In this document: in pieces, positions 13,762 through 25,947 of the stretch
Numbering within the stretch: position 1 is the stretch's first letter
Layout: each line of letters begins with the position of its first letter
Source: Adineta vaga
Lineage: Eukaryota; Animalia; Rotifera
Length of the DNA stretch: 64,000 nt
Assembly: GCA_021613535.1 (NCBI GenBank)
Contig: CP075492.1
Span: 496,001-560,000 of the forward strand
Direction: 5' to 3'
Notes under the pieces: generated by a model
Database searches by the model: none
Told to the model about the DNA's origin: nothing
What the model saw: the letters and a program-made list of their open reading frames with translations, nothing else
Program-made: the position numbers and the translations under genes

Positions 13762-14724
13762 TTAAGGAAAGATAATGTCTTCTATCTGAGACTGAACATT
13801 ATTCATATCTCTTGGATATTGATATTTAATGTATTTAAGTATATAAATGAAGATCATGGCAAATATGGAACAAAGAGCTGATAAGATAGTTAGTCCGATA
13901 TCATGAATAGTGTCTTTAAATTTTGATTGTATTAATGGGGAAGTTAACATGAAACTTTTTATTAATTTCTCTAATTGTATATGATAAGCTGATACAAGTG
14001 TTTGATTCATGTTCTGAATTGGCACGATAAAGTGAGGTAAATGATGATTAACAGAAGTAAAGCAAGGTGTAATAATGACTTGATTTGCTTTACATGATGC
14101 GGCAGATAATTGAAAATTCAGATATGTAACTGTCTTATCACATGGAACACGGATAAGCACTGCTTCATTAGTTGAAGTGGTTTCAATAAGTTCATTTAAA
14201 CTTGAATTAACTTGACAGTAATAAGTAAGATGTGTATTATAAAAAAGCCAAAGTCCATCACCAATGTACATTATACCTTGTCCAGTATTCGGTGAAGGAT
14301 TAACTTGACACTTATCTGTAACAGATTGATAATCGTCGAATAGCTGCGATAGACATGATGATTGCGACAATTGCAATAAAATAGGTTTGTTGTGACACCA
14401 AACAATAGGTGAGAATGTGCATTCATTATTTTCTAATTCATTATCCCACATAATCAATGTTTGTTCAATGTGATTTATTCCTAATTTTTCAATAATTCGA
14501 ACCCAGAGAGAATTTGACAATTTAGTTTGAGTAGATAATCGCCAAGTTTCTTTGTCGAGTCCCTTAATACGATTTCCAAGAGAAGCAATAGCAGTAGCCA
14601 ATTGTTCTACAGTAATAAGAGACCAGATATTATTTTTAGCTTCTTTACCTGCCTTTTTCCCAGTCATGATCTGATTATACCGATACAGTTGAAATGTAAT
14701 AAAAAAAGTAGTGTGATTAAACAT
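13762..14724 (-). CDS. Chimeric ORF with envelope/fusion-protein-like C-terminal part
   Basis: Spaced Cys pattern (C...WC...CLSQL...C...GLWLFY...C...LIRVPC) followed by one C-terminal TM helix (LTILSALCSIFAMIFIYIL); N-terminal ~90 aa look unrelated. Confidence 0.5.
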   Translation of the reverse strand: MFNHTTFFITFQLYRYNQIMTGKKAGKEAKNNIWSLITVEQLATAIASLGNRIKGLDKETWRLSTQTKLSNSLWVRIIEKLGINHIEQTLIMWDNELENNECTFSPIVWCHNKPILLQLSQSSCLSQLFDDYQSVTDKCQVNPSPNTGQGIMYIGDGLWLFYNTHLTYYCQVNSSLNELIETTSTNEAVLIRVPCDKTVTYLNFQLSAASCKANQVIITPCFTSVNHHLPHFIVPIQNMNQTLVSAYHIQLEKLIKSFMLTSPLIQSKFKDTIHDIGLTILSALCSIFAMIFIYILKYIKYQYPRDMNNVQSQIEDIIFP

Positions 14725-15835
14725 AAAAGAAGAAGTTATGATAAAACAAATATATATTTCCGACTGATTTTGTCAACTAAGAATAAATTAATGATATTTT
14801 TTCCTCGCTATTCAAAATTAATTCTAGTTGACCAATAGAAGTGCAATATTCTCAAACGAAAAATTCATTTGACGAAATTCAGAGAGAAAAAAATTCTTTC
14901 GTCAACTATCAATAAACAAACAAAATCAGTCATTCACTTTTGATCATCAAGAGACAGCGATGATATTATCTTTTAATCATAAGTGTCAAAGAAGAGGAGG
15001 TATTATGTTTGCCATCATCAATTCCACTTTTCGGTATCAAATATATTTCTTCAAGCCGCCGATCCATTTATGAGATAAAAATAAATATTATCGGCTTCTT
15101 TCGAGTCACTGAACAAAAACTGAGAAGGCTAAAGAATAAAACTCAATCAAACTTCTTATCAAAACGAACCAAAAAAATTATTTTTTTTTTCAAATTTATG
15201 AATACAATCTTCAAGATATTTAGTCTTTGGATATCGAACAGATCAAATCAAAACATTCTGCTAATTTCCAAAACGAAAGCTTTGTAATTTTATTTTAATT
15301 CTCAAAAATAAATTTTAAATGTTATTTTCATTGCAATATTTTTTTCCATATTATTTCTTCAATAATTTGCTTTTACACAATATATTTCGCTATCTTGCTT
15401 TTCTCGTAAATTCAGTCGTTATAAAAAATCGACCAATAGAAGATTTTCCAGAATGTCACTGCTAGTTGAGAACAATGATTGATTGTTTCGAAATTAATCA
15501 AATAAATAAACACATATATTGTTCTCATAGTCCTAATAAATAAATAAATAAAAATAAAATACTTTTTTTCTCAGTAATTATAATTTTAATGATTTGTAAC
15601 AATAAATTTTTTGGAAAAATCAATCATCTTTGATTCCTCTATTTCTATTGGTCAATACAAACAAGCCAATGAATGATGGAGCTGAATATGTTTGTAACTA
15701 AGATAACACTAAATAGCCTTTTTCTCGATGATAACTCGTTCGAGATTAAAAAATAAGATCTGAAATCAATATTGCTAATCAAGATCTATCTGTAAACAAT
15801 GTTTGTTTCATTGGAGGAAGCTCTTGAGCGAATCG

Positions 15836-16350
15836 GTCCAGGAAAAACTCACGTTTTCATGGATTTCGGGTCGTTTCTGGCACTTTTGGGCAGGAAGGAG
15901 GGGTCTGACTGAAAAAGTGTCAATAACGAAATTGTAGAGCTCATCAAGTTCTACTTGGAAAGTTGGTCAGTATAGTTGGAAACGTTTCATGGGCGAATCG
16001 GCCCAGGAAAAACTCACGTTTTCATGGATTTCGGGTCGTTTCTGGCACTTTTGGGCAGGAAGGAGGGGTCTGACTGAAAAAGTGTCAATTACGAAATTGT
16101 AGAGCTCATCAAGTTCTACTTGGAAAGTTAGTCAATATAGTTGGAAACGTTTCATGGGCGAATCGGCCCAGGAAATGCCATGAAATTCACATTTTTTCCA
16201 TGATTTTTTGCGGTATTTCGCATTTTTTGGGGGGAAGGAGTGGTCTGACGGAAAAAGTTCCAATTATAAAAATGTACAGCTCACCGAGTTCTACTTGGAA
16301 AGCTGGTCAGCATAGTTGGAAACCTTTCATGAGCGAATCGGCCCAGGAAA
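15836..16350 (-). repeat. Tandem array, 3 inverted units (right arm)
   Basis: Reverse complement of the 164/175-bp unit. Confidence 0.95.
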
Positions 16351-16818
16351 TACTCGAATCGGGAGCTAGGATATCCTACGTGCTAAGAACTTTATCTGAA
16401 AAGTAACAAAAAGAAATAAATGACGAAAAGTGAGAAAAGTTCGATCGTTATTTGAAATTATCCAATGCAAATTATGACATACTAGCGACACTCTCGAGAA
16501 GAAAAATTGACTTTCGAGTTAAAATTCTTAAGAATAATGTAATAAAATAATATAGAAAAATAAATTCATGCAAAATTTATCAGAATAAGAATGTTTATTA
16601 ATTAATTAATGATTTATGAGTTCATTATCAAAATCGGCGATTGAACGCCGATAAATCGTTACGATTTATCACCAATATTTTAGATAGGCATTATCCTGTT
16701 CTATTATCGTTAGAGAATCCTGATTAATCGGTAATATCTCCTCTATATCTGATTAATCGCGATTCTACATTCATTTTTTTGACAATCGGCAAAATCGTAC
16801 CGATTTTCACGACATGGG

Positions 16819-19800
16819 TAACCTCTTGTTGTTTTCATACAACCGGATACGAACGAAATAGCAAGTCGAGGTGAAGCTAATAGAATTAGAATAGCTGGAC
16901 TAATTAATAGATGCTTTAGTTCATACAATTGTCGTCGTAATTGCTGAGTGTTCGACTGTTGTCTTTGTGCTTGAGATCGTTGACGAGCAGTATGTGTAAT
17001 AATATATAGAGCGGAAAGAACATTCAAAAGAAACGGCAAAAAGAAATGAAATACTGAAACCATTGAATTAAATAATTGTAGAGATGAACTGAACTGTACA
17101 TGGCACCATGTTCGACGTTCGTCTTCTTCATCTCCATTATCATCGACTAGTCGATGATAAATTGGATCGTGTATATAAGTTACAGTAGTCAATATATAAG
17201 TACTGATGATCATCCATTTAGCCACTCTTTTTGTTTGCATTTTATCAAACCTGACACCTTTCTGCACAGTACTGGCTCGTTCGATCCCAACAAAACCATT
17301 GAGCCAATCACTGACACTCAAGAGAACTTTCAGCATATATTCAATTGATATACAATTGAATGACATATATGGACGACTGGTAATTATACCCATTTGTGAA
17401 ACAAGAAGAAAATAGAATTTTAGAGAAAACATAAGAAGCGTCATTGCTGATGTGATCGAGGACACAAGAAGATAATAACCACAACCTACTTCGAGTGTTT
17501 TCTTTGTATGAAAAGTCATCACACACAATAAACTACCAATCACACCAACTATCAACATAATTGTAACAATGATGGTCGTCAGATGAATGATAAAACGTTG
17601 ATTTCGAAATGATCCATTCGATTGAATATGATAACCAAGAATAGCATCTAATGAAAAACCAATACCTTTTGTCGAAAATTGACAACGCGAACCGTATGAA
17701 CATTCATTACAAACACACATGAATGATGTTGGACAATTAGGATCATCACGAAAACATTGACCATGATTTTCACATGGATTCTGTTCTTCACAATCATACG
17801 ATTTCGAATGATTAAATGTCAAACAATTTGCTTGCCGAATATCTTCATAACAGATACGTAGATGTATCTCATCATAGAAACATCGAAGTTCTCTTCGTTC
17901 TTGACACAGTAGATGATAGTATTTCATACGGCGAAGAAGATGCCATCTTGCCAATGTATCATTAAAGAGTTTTGTAATTGATAAACAACGATCTGAGACT
18001 TTGATTGTGGCTGAGATATTCGAATCTGGAATGAATTCTTGTTGAAATACAGTGAAATAATAGATTTTCACTTGTATCATCTCAATAAAAACAAGATGAA
18101 ATCGTAAAGATGTGAGAAAAGATATTGCTTCTTGATTGATTTCAATTTTTTTTAAACTTGTCGATCGAATAGGAGATTGATGTTTGCCAAATACTTCGAT
18201 GAAATGTATCAGTATTGACGATGGTATAGGTATCTCAGATGCAAATGATAATGTAATTCGTGTATCACGTTTTTCACATTTCATCCCGGAAAAACCTTTC
18301 GGACATAGACATACGCTTTCTTCTTTTCGTACATGTTCATCGTTTGGTATACATGTTCCACCATTTTGACATAAACATCTCAAATGTTGAAGATAACAAC
18401 GAGGACCAAACTTATTCAATGGACAAACACATATATTTGAAGCAACACAAAGTGAATCCGATGAACAATGACATGTATGCGGAACATCGCAGTACGTACC
18501 AGACCATCCTTTGTTACAAAAACAATAAACACTTGGTGTATTTACATATTGCAAACACTGACCATGAAGACCACAACTCAATTTGGTGCACTTGAATACA
18601 GCAACTTTTTTCGGTGGAATTTGCAATTGAATAGCCATACGATAAACTGGTAAAAACGGAAACAGAATTGGAAATAACCAACTCGCATGATGTCGAAGTG
18701 TTTGCTTGTTGAAGATATCAATTCGTACACTATGATTTGTTGAGATATTTTTTGGACGTGTTGCATACAAAAGATAGATATTAAACTTAGTATGACAATC
18801 ACGCTCGTAATAATAATAAACCTGATCGAATGATTCGATACGATTGTCTTGGTTATCACGCAGTCTAATCACAATAGCAAACAAAGTACGAAACTCGAAT
18901 GCTGCGCGCACTTTCAATGTCAAACTAACACACTGATTTTGATATTGACACCATTGTCCGTAGTACGCTGGTGGACAAAGACAAACTAGCTGAATATTGT
19001 TGCTGGTGGCGATTGTGACGCTGTGACTATTTTTACGATGATGAACCACGAGACCTCGATTGCAAAACCACGCCAGATATGCTTCTTTCCGAAATGAATC
19101 ACGACTTCTTTTCTGATTCACGTGTGGAACTACGGGATAAGGATATTCTAGAGGTGAAAAAAAAAACATCACATCATGATTATTTGTCTAATATACTACT
19201 AATTTCATTCTTGAACGAATGTGTTTTCCTCACTCAACAAGAAAACAACTGCTGAAATCATCGATGTTTAAAGTTTACAACCAATGTATCATTAGACTTG
19301 TACCTAAGTTAGTGTACGCAGTCGAAAATCTAAATCATCATTCAGTTTTGAGATAATCAAATAGATTTAGCCCCATGAACGAATGTTTTTATGTTATTTC
19401 TAAACGCGAATCAAAAACGAAATCGTCTGTTTGAATGATGATGTCTTCTGTAATTGTTGTGCCTTCAAATCGAAAGGGGAAGGAAGTTTAACAAGCGCTC
19501 GGCATCTATCGTTTGCATAAGACGTTGAACCAACAAGTGTAAAATGTATTGTCATTAAATACTTCAAATCTGTTATTGTACATAAATGTTGTTCTATATG
19601 GCTAAGATTTGTTCCGGAACTACAACGCAGATCTAATACTCCTTTTATCTCGTGGCAGAAACGCATCGAGTTGTTATTATAAACAGGACAACGATACGGT
19701 TTCATACATACTATTCGACTACTGTTACAACTATCTGTACGCAAACAACGATAACGAGCAGCGGGAGCAGATGTACTTTGTTGTCGACAGAAATACCGTT

Positions 19801-22094
19801 CATCAGATGCACCCAAACAATCATCTACACCATCATTGATAGAACTCATAGGTAAACCAATGAGATGACCAGACAAAGGCGAAAGACATAAATGATGAAA
19901 TAAAGGACACAATGGTGGCCATTCACAATTCACTTCATCAGCACCATCACGACAATTCCAAAAGCCATCACATCGAGTATAAGTATTATTACATGGAAAA
20001 TGCATACATTCATTTTCATCTGTTTCGTTACGACCATCGATTATTATTGGTTGAACATGAATATAACCGTCACACAAAATTTGAAATGAAAGTGATGTTG
20101 ATTGTTTATTAACGAATTGATCTTTTTCATCGGATTTATCTTCACAATTCGGTTGACCATTCATTACTAGTAATTGAGATACACATTTCATATTCTTATC
20201 ATGATCACATTGAAGACGATGATTAAAATGTTTCAATGAACAACTTTCTTCATATGATTCATCATCTCCATGTAAACAATCTTCAATTCCATCGATGAGA
20301 CGATATGACGAAATGACTTTGGATGTATTCATACACCGATATGAATGAGAATAATCGATTAATGGCCACGACTGATGATAGGTAGAACATTTATAAAATA
20401 TTTTATATAGTGCAGTCCATACTTGCTCCCACACCCAGAGTATGTTATGAAAAAGTTGAAATGCGCGGAATGGTCGACAAATACTATTGTCGCCAAAGAG
20501 ATCGATCGAAGAATATGATGAACTGGAGAACAGATACTGATCACAGAGATAATCTGCATAACAAATATAGTCTGGTTCAACAAAACTTTCTATGGAACGG
20601 TTTGATAACTTGTTCTAAATAGAAAAATATCTTTCATAGACTTAAAGAATATCGATAATCATTTTTTTCTCGACCTTATTTAAGACAAAACCTGCAGATT
20701 AATCAATTTGATATGCGAGATTACCTCCAGACTTCTAGTTCAAAACATATCGATTTAAAAGTTCATCTTACTATTTTCCTCAAAAATATATGTCAGTTTC
20801 ACAAAATCTAACATCATTTTTAGATTTTCTCAGCAGTTTCTTCGATTAGGATGTTCATTATCTCTGCCATAGATTATATCCATAGTTATTATTCAAAATG
20901 ACATACTAAAGTTCGATTATTGGTGTAGATCATTCGCACATGACCAAATAATATTGGTGGAAATTCAACAAATTGAGGACAATGTTGTTTGATCTCTTTA
21001 ATAAATACGTACGATAGTGATAGACAATGTTCATCTTCATAATAATCAAGAAACCATGGCATTTTGCTAAAACATGCAATAGCGATACGACACTCGTTTG
21101 AAACATTTCTTCTTGGCCAAAACGCATTGTACAAGACAAAATTACGTTTATTATGACAACTGGAAGAATATCGTGTACATGAACCATCACCACATTCAAG
21201 TATATACGTCTGATATAGTGATGTATGACACCTATGCTCTTCACATCGAAATGCTGGATCACGAGTACAAACAGCGGTTTGTTGGTCTGATTGGGAAATT
21301 TGCACTAAATTTTCATCCGTTCGATCTAAGCAGTCAGTATTCCGTTCATCATCATGAAGAAATACTAAAGGAATACACAAGCCATTATGACATCGATATT
21401 CTGTATTTTTATCACAATGATTCATGTCCAATTGTAAACAGAATTCTTCATCAGATCCACTATTAACACAGTCAACTTTTCCATCGCATATTTCGCGCCA
21501 ATCTAAACATGCACCTGGTGTTTGACGATGATTACCAACACGATCACATTGTAAATATTCATAACACGGTAAGATATTTAACTCTGTCGGACTATAAAAT
21601 ACTTTCTTATCAAATATTATCTTCGCTTGATCATCAAAATCCGATTGTGGTTCATCGAAATGATATTCGCAACGAGAACCAAACCATGGATATGTACAAT
21701 TATAAAACCGTATTTTATCCACCGAGATGTTCGTCTCGAGATAATGCTCATACTGTTCAATAATATCAATCGCTGCTGACCATTGATATAGTTGTTCACT
21801 ACTTACATTTCTTCGGCGTAATTCATCAAATGTGAACGTGTTCTCATTCTGATCATGATCATCATTATCGACAGGATCAAATATCATTTCATTAAATGAA
21901 GTACGTTGACAATATTGAATGAATTGAAAGGCAAGACCTTCTCTAGGAACATTATAATACAGACAATCATGATCATAACCATGCACAAATGTATGTGTAT
22001 AATATAGATGAAAACCTGATAACTCGACGCAGTAGTTGATTGATAAAATAGAACATAGACAAAGGAAACATAATTGTATTTACAATCGTGTCAT
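16819..22094 (-). pseudogene. LDLa/EGF-repeat 7TM GPCR, disrupted
   Basis: CLDWREICDGKVDC..GSDE LDLa repeats, EGF repeats, TM1-6 with IERA; stop at codon 5 (MTRL*), frame breaks near 20400-20900, TE insertion before TM7. Confidence 0.88.
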
Positions 22095-23707
22095 TGTTAT
22101 ATAATCGATATTTGTCGTCTCTGGACCGTTTATACGATCTTTAGAATATTGAGAAATGAATGTCATTGACTTTGTAGGAAGATAAAATAGAGCATGTCAC
22201 CAAAGAGAATAGATATTTTTCTCTGAATCATTTAATACAAAATTATCACACACATGTCCCAAGAATATTCTCATTTTTACAAATCTTTTACAGGAAAGTA
22301 ACTCTTTGAAACAAACGTTTGCTTTCTTATTCCATTAGTAAAACAAAGATAAAAACATCTCTCTCTCTCTCTGCATGATCTACATTAACACTTTTTTTCA
22401 GTAGTAAAAAATGTTTGCCATCTGCTCTTGGTTTTATCATTAATATTCTTTTTTAGCATATGGAATTGATCTTGCCTTTTGAATAACGTTTAACTATTTC
22501 TAGTTTTTGACGTCAAGAAGAAAGGTAATTATTTTACATGAATAAAATAATAAATCATGCAAATATGATTATCTGATATTTACAAGAGAAGTTTTTTCTC
22601 TTCTGTGGAGCAATTTATTCAACAAAATCGGTCTCAAATTCAGCCATCTGAAGTGATTAGACTAACGAAGAATGTTGTAAGGAATATTAGAATGTCAATA
22701 ATCGAATGGACATCGAAAATTGAAAACACTTGATACTATGTGGCTAAACGAAATAGTAGGATGAACTTTACTTGTAATAATAATCGCGCACATAAATTCT
22801 GATGTTAACAGATCAAATTCGAACTAATTGTCGATCTTTTAGGTTAGTTTTCGAAAAACTTTGATTTTTCATTGTACGGATGAATTGGAAACGAACTGAA
22901 GCGACTCTCATCGTCGTTCAATCATTTATCGTCATTGTTCAAAAGTTGAAAGTGCACATGACAGAAGGAATAAACACTACTTTGCATCTTTAAAGTATGT
23001 GAAATTCGTTTTAAGTTCAATTCAAACCGGAATCAGACATGTTCGATATACTTCAACGTTAACATCAGAGATTTCAAATGGAACGTGATTTTACTTTACT
23101 TGAAAATTCAATATATGGAGAAAATAGCAGCAGCGAAGTACAAAGCGAGGATATTTAAATGATCGCGATTAACTGTGATCCTTGCATTTTCATTGACGTC
23201 GGTGTCAGTTTTTAGAACACATGTTGCTTTGAATAAAACTGATTTGGAGTCGCAAGTGTTGAATCTCTCATCAATCGGTTGTGTTTAATGACAAGCTACT
23301 CTCGCATTGAAGTAAATTTTATAACTTCTGAAGAACACTTCGATGAAGGTCAGAACTTACAGATAATCTATTGAATATTAATAAAGAATAAAGCAAATGA
23401 AGATTGACCGACTTTTCGACGCTTCAGCTGTAGTTATAGGTACAAAATGCAATTAATCATATTGAATTTTTTGCAGAGTCATTTTGCTCGATGAAATCCG
23501 AGGTTGTTAACCTTAACTCACATAATCCTTTAGGTAAAATGCATGTAATATTGACAAATGAAATGTCTTTTATTTTAGAAATTGATCTCATACAAATGTC
23601 AATGATTCATTTAACAGAAACTGACATAACTGTGCAGTTTTTCAGGTACATCTAGTAAACTATATAAATCATTTCAATTTGGTCATTGTTCAACAAACTA
23701 CTTCAAA

Positions 23708-25195
23708 ATGAATTTCTATATAATTTATATCGTAGCGTTTCACGTCGTCGATTCGGGTCATTTTCAACAGCGTGTAAGTCATTTTCTCTACATAATGAAA
23801 CAAAACGAACTGTTTATTATTGATTTAGATCGATATGCCAAGAAAAACAACACCAATTGTTAATAATGTGATAAATCGAGTGTTGATTATTGGCGCTGGT
23901 TTGTCTGGTCTCGAAGCTGCTCGAATCTTAGAACAAAAACGGATTCCATATGTCTTATTAGAAGCACGAAATCGTTCCGGTGGTCGTGTTTGGTCTTATC
24001 GTTCTCAGTCAGGTCATATGCTTGATATGGGCGCGACTTGGATTCATGGTATTCACGGTTCAATTCCGAGTGGTTTATTAACAAATCCTTTGTGGGATCT
24101 TGCACGAGAAGCAAAACTTCCAACACGAGCAAACTTGATGATGTTCTTCAAATATTTCCTGCGAATGACAATGTATCCGATGTTCATCAATGGTTTAATG
24201 ATTATATTGATTTTGTACGAGAACAAACACGAGGAAATTCAACAAATCGTTCGCTTGGTCATTACGCGAATCTATTTGTTAAGAAAATGAATTTGAACAG
24301 GAAAGAACAATATGCTTTTTGCAGTTATTTAAATCATGTTGTTGAAAATACGGAAGGAGCAGAATTGAATGAAATTGGTGCCAAAAGTTTTCTTGATCTC
24401 ACATCGGTTTATTACGGTGATGAAATGATTTTTCGCGATAATGGTTTTATGTCTTTAACAAATTATCTATTGAAGAAGATTTCAAATATTCGATTTAATC
24501 AAATCGTTTCGAAAATCATTTTTCATGATCAATCGGTTGAAGTCAGAACAAACACTGGACAAGCTTATCACGCCGAGTATGTTCTTCTCACGGTTCCATT
24601 AGGAGTTTTAAAGAGAAAACTGATTGAATTCTCTCCACCATTGCCCAAACGGAAAACTGATGCAATTGATCGAATAGGATTTAACATTTTTGAAAAAGTT
24701 TTTCTCGTCTGGAACTCGGCTTGGTGGAATTCAAGTCAATTCTATTTCACACGTATTTCATCAACTCCAACACGAATGAATTATTGGGTTAATGAAAATA
24801 AATGGAATGATAAACCTGCTCTCATTTGTTTCTTCTCGGGAAATACAACACCACAGTATTTATCAATACAAAATCGAAGCATCTTAGTCAAAGAACTTCT
24901 AGAAACTTTACAAGAGATGTTTCCAGGTTCTACAATTCCTCAACCCACTGAAGTTCATGTCACAAATTGGTACAATGATCCATTTACTTATGGTTCATAT
25001 TCATATATTTCAACACAACAAACTTATGATGATCCAATTTCTTTGCCTGAACCAGTTCATAATCGACTTCTTTTTGCAGGAGAAGCAACAAATATTGACA
25101 CATATGGTTATGCACATGGTGCATTATCAAGTGCACGAAGAGAAGTTGCGCGTCTTTTATATATTTATAATCTATTTTCAAAGAAAAATCAATAA
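23708..25195 (+). pseudogene. Flavin-containing amine oxidase (polyamine oxidase-like) with a frameshift near 24130
   Basis: IIGAGLSGL, LEARNRSGGRV, DMGATWIHG, VLLTVPLGVLK, WYNDPFTYGSYS, FAGEAT...AHGA; short signal-type first exon with a GTAAGT intron. Confidence 0.85.
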
Positions 25196-25947
25196 AAATT
25201 GTTTCGCACCTAAAATAGTTTTACACAGATGAAAGTTCTCAATGTATGTCTTTGTCAGATTTAATGACGCCATTATATTTTATTTCTTAGGTCATATTTC
25301 GAGTAGTATACAACAAACTATGTTCCTCACTTCGATAGTTTAGTACTTGAGAACCAATTCCAGTCACCTAATGTGCCTATATATGTTTGACGTTCTAACC
25401 TTACCACGAACAGATAAACGGACAAACTACTTTTCTTTCGCATAACCCTCTCTGCAGTTTCTTATCTTAAATTTTCTTCTACTAATGGATTGTGTAGCAA
25501 TATTTGAAACGAGTGTTCTAACGACATCTATATAACTCGTCCAAATTCTGATAGAGAGAGCACATTATTTAGTGTATTTAAGAAGAAAACAAAAAAAAAC
25601 TATCAAAATCGAAACTTGACCCACCTTTGACAACAATATTCGAGCATGCAGAGAAAAGAAATCATAATGTTTTCATCTTCTTCCTTGACTACTTGGCATA
25701 TAGCAAGTCATAAAAGTGTGCACGTTGTGAAGAAATACATTGTTGTTTTTTCCTCTTTTGCTTGATATCTCACATGTATATAAAATGGAAATTTCCAACC
25801 AACGTTTTTTATAAGACAACAGAAATGAAGTGATTATATACATAGTTTTTTCAGAGTTCTTTTACTTAATATCTCACGCAAAAATTCTTTGTCATCGAAA
25901 ACGTTCAGTTTGTTGTTGGATTTTGGTTAAGTAATTTTTCCAATAAG

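Larger units (their letters stand above)
11548..16382. mobile_element. Foldback element with long, internally repeated TIRs
   Basis: Ends CACGTAGGATATCCTAGCTCCCGATTCGAG and its inverse; flanking duplication CTAAGAA (7 bp) or GCTAAGAAC (9 bp); arms ~11548-13470 and ~15281-16382. Confidence 0.93.
10543..16818. mobile_element. Non-autonomous TIR element (CCC...GGG ends, 2-bp TA TSD; probably CMC/EnSpm-like) carrying nested insertions
   Basis: TA-CCCATGTCGTGAAAATCGG ... CCGATTTTCACGACATGGG-TA; CGAT-rich subterminal regions; excision restores the host reading frame. Confidence 0.88.

Noticed and set aside
19212-19386. 11-bp direct repeat TGAACGAATGT as a TSD
   Set aside because: No terminal repeats lie between the copies; it may be chance within an intron.
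23328-23360. CTGAAGA hammerhead-like core
   Set aside because: It lacks the GAAA...UH half.
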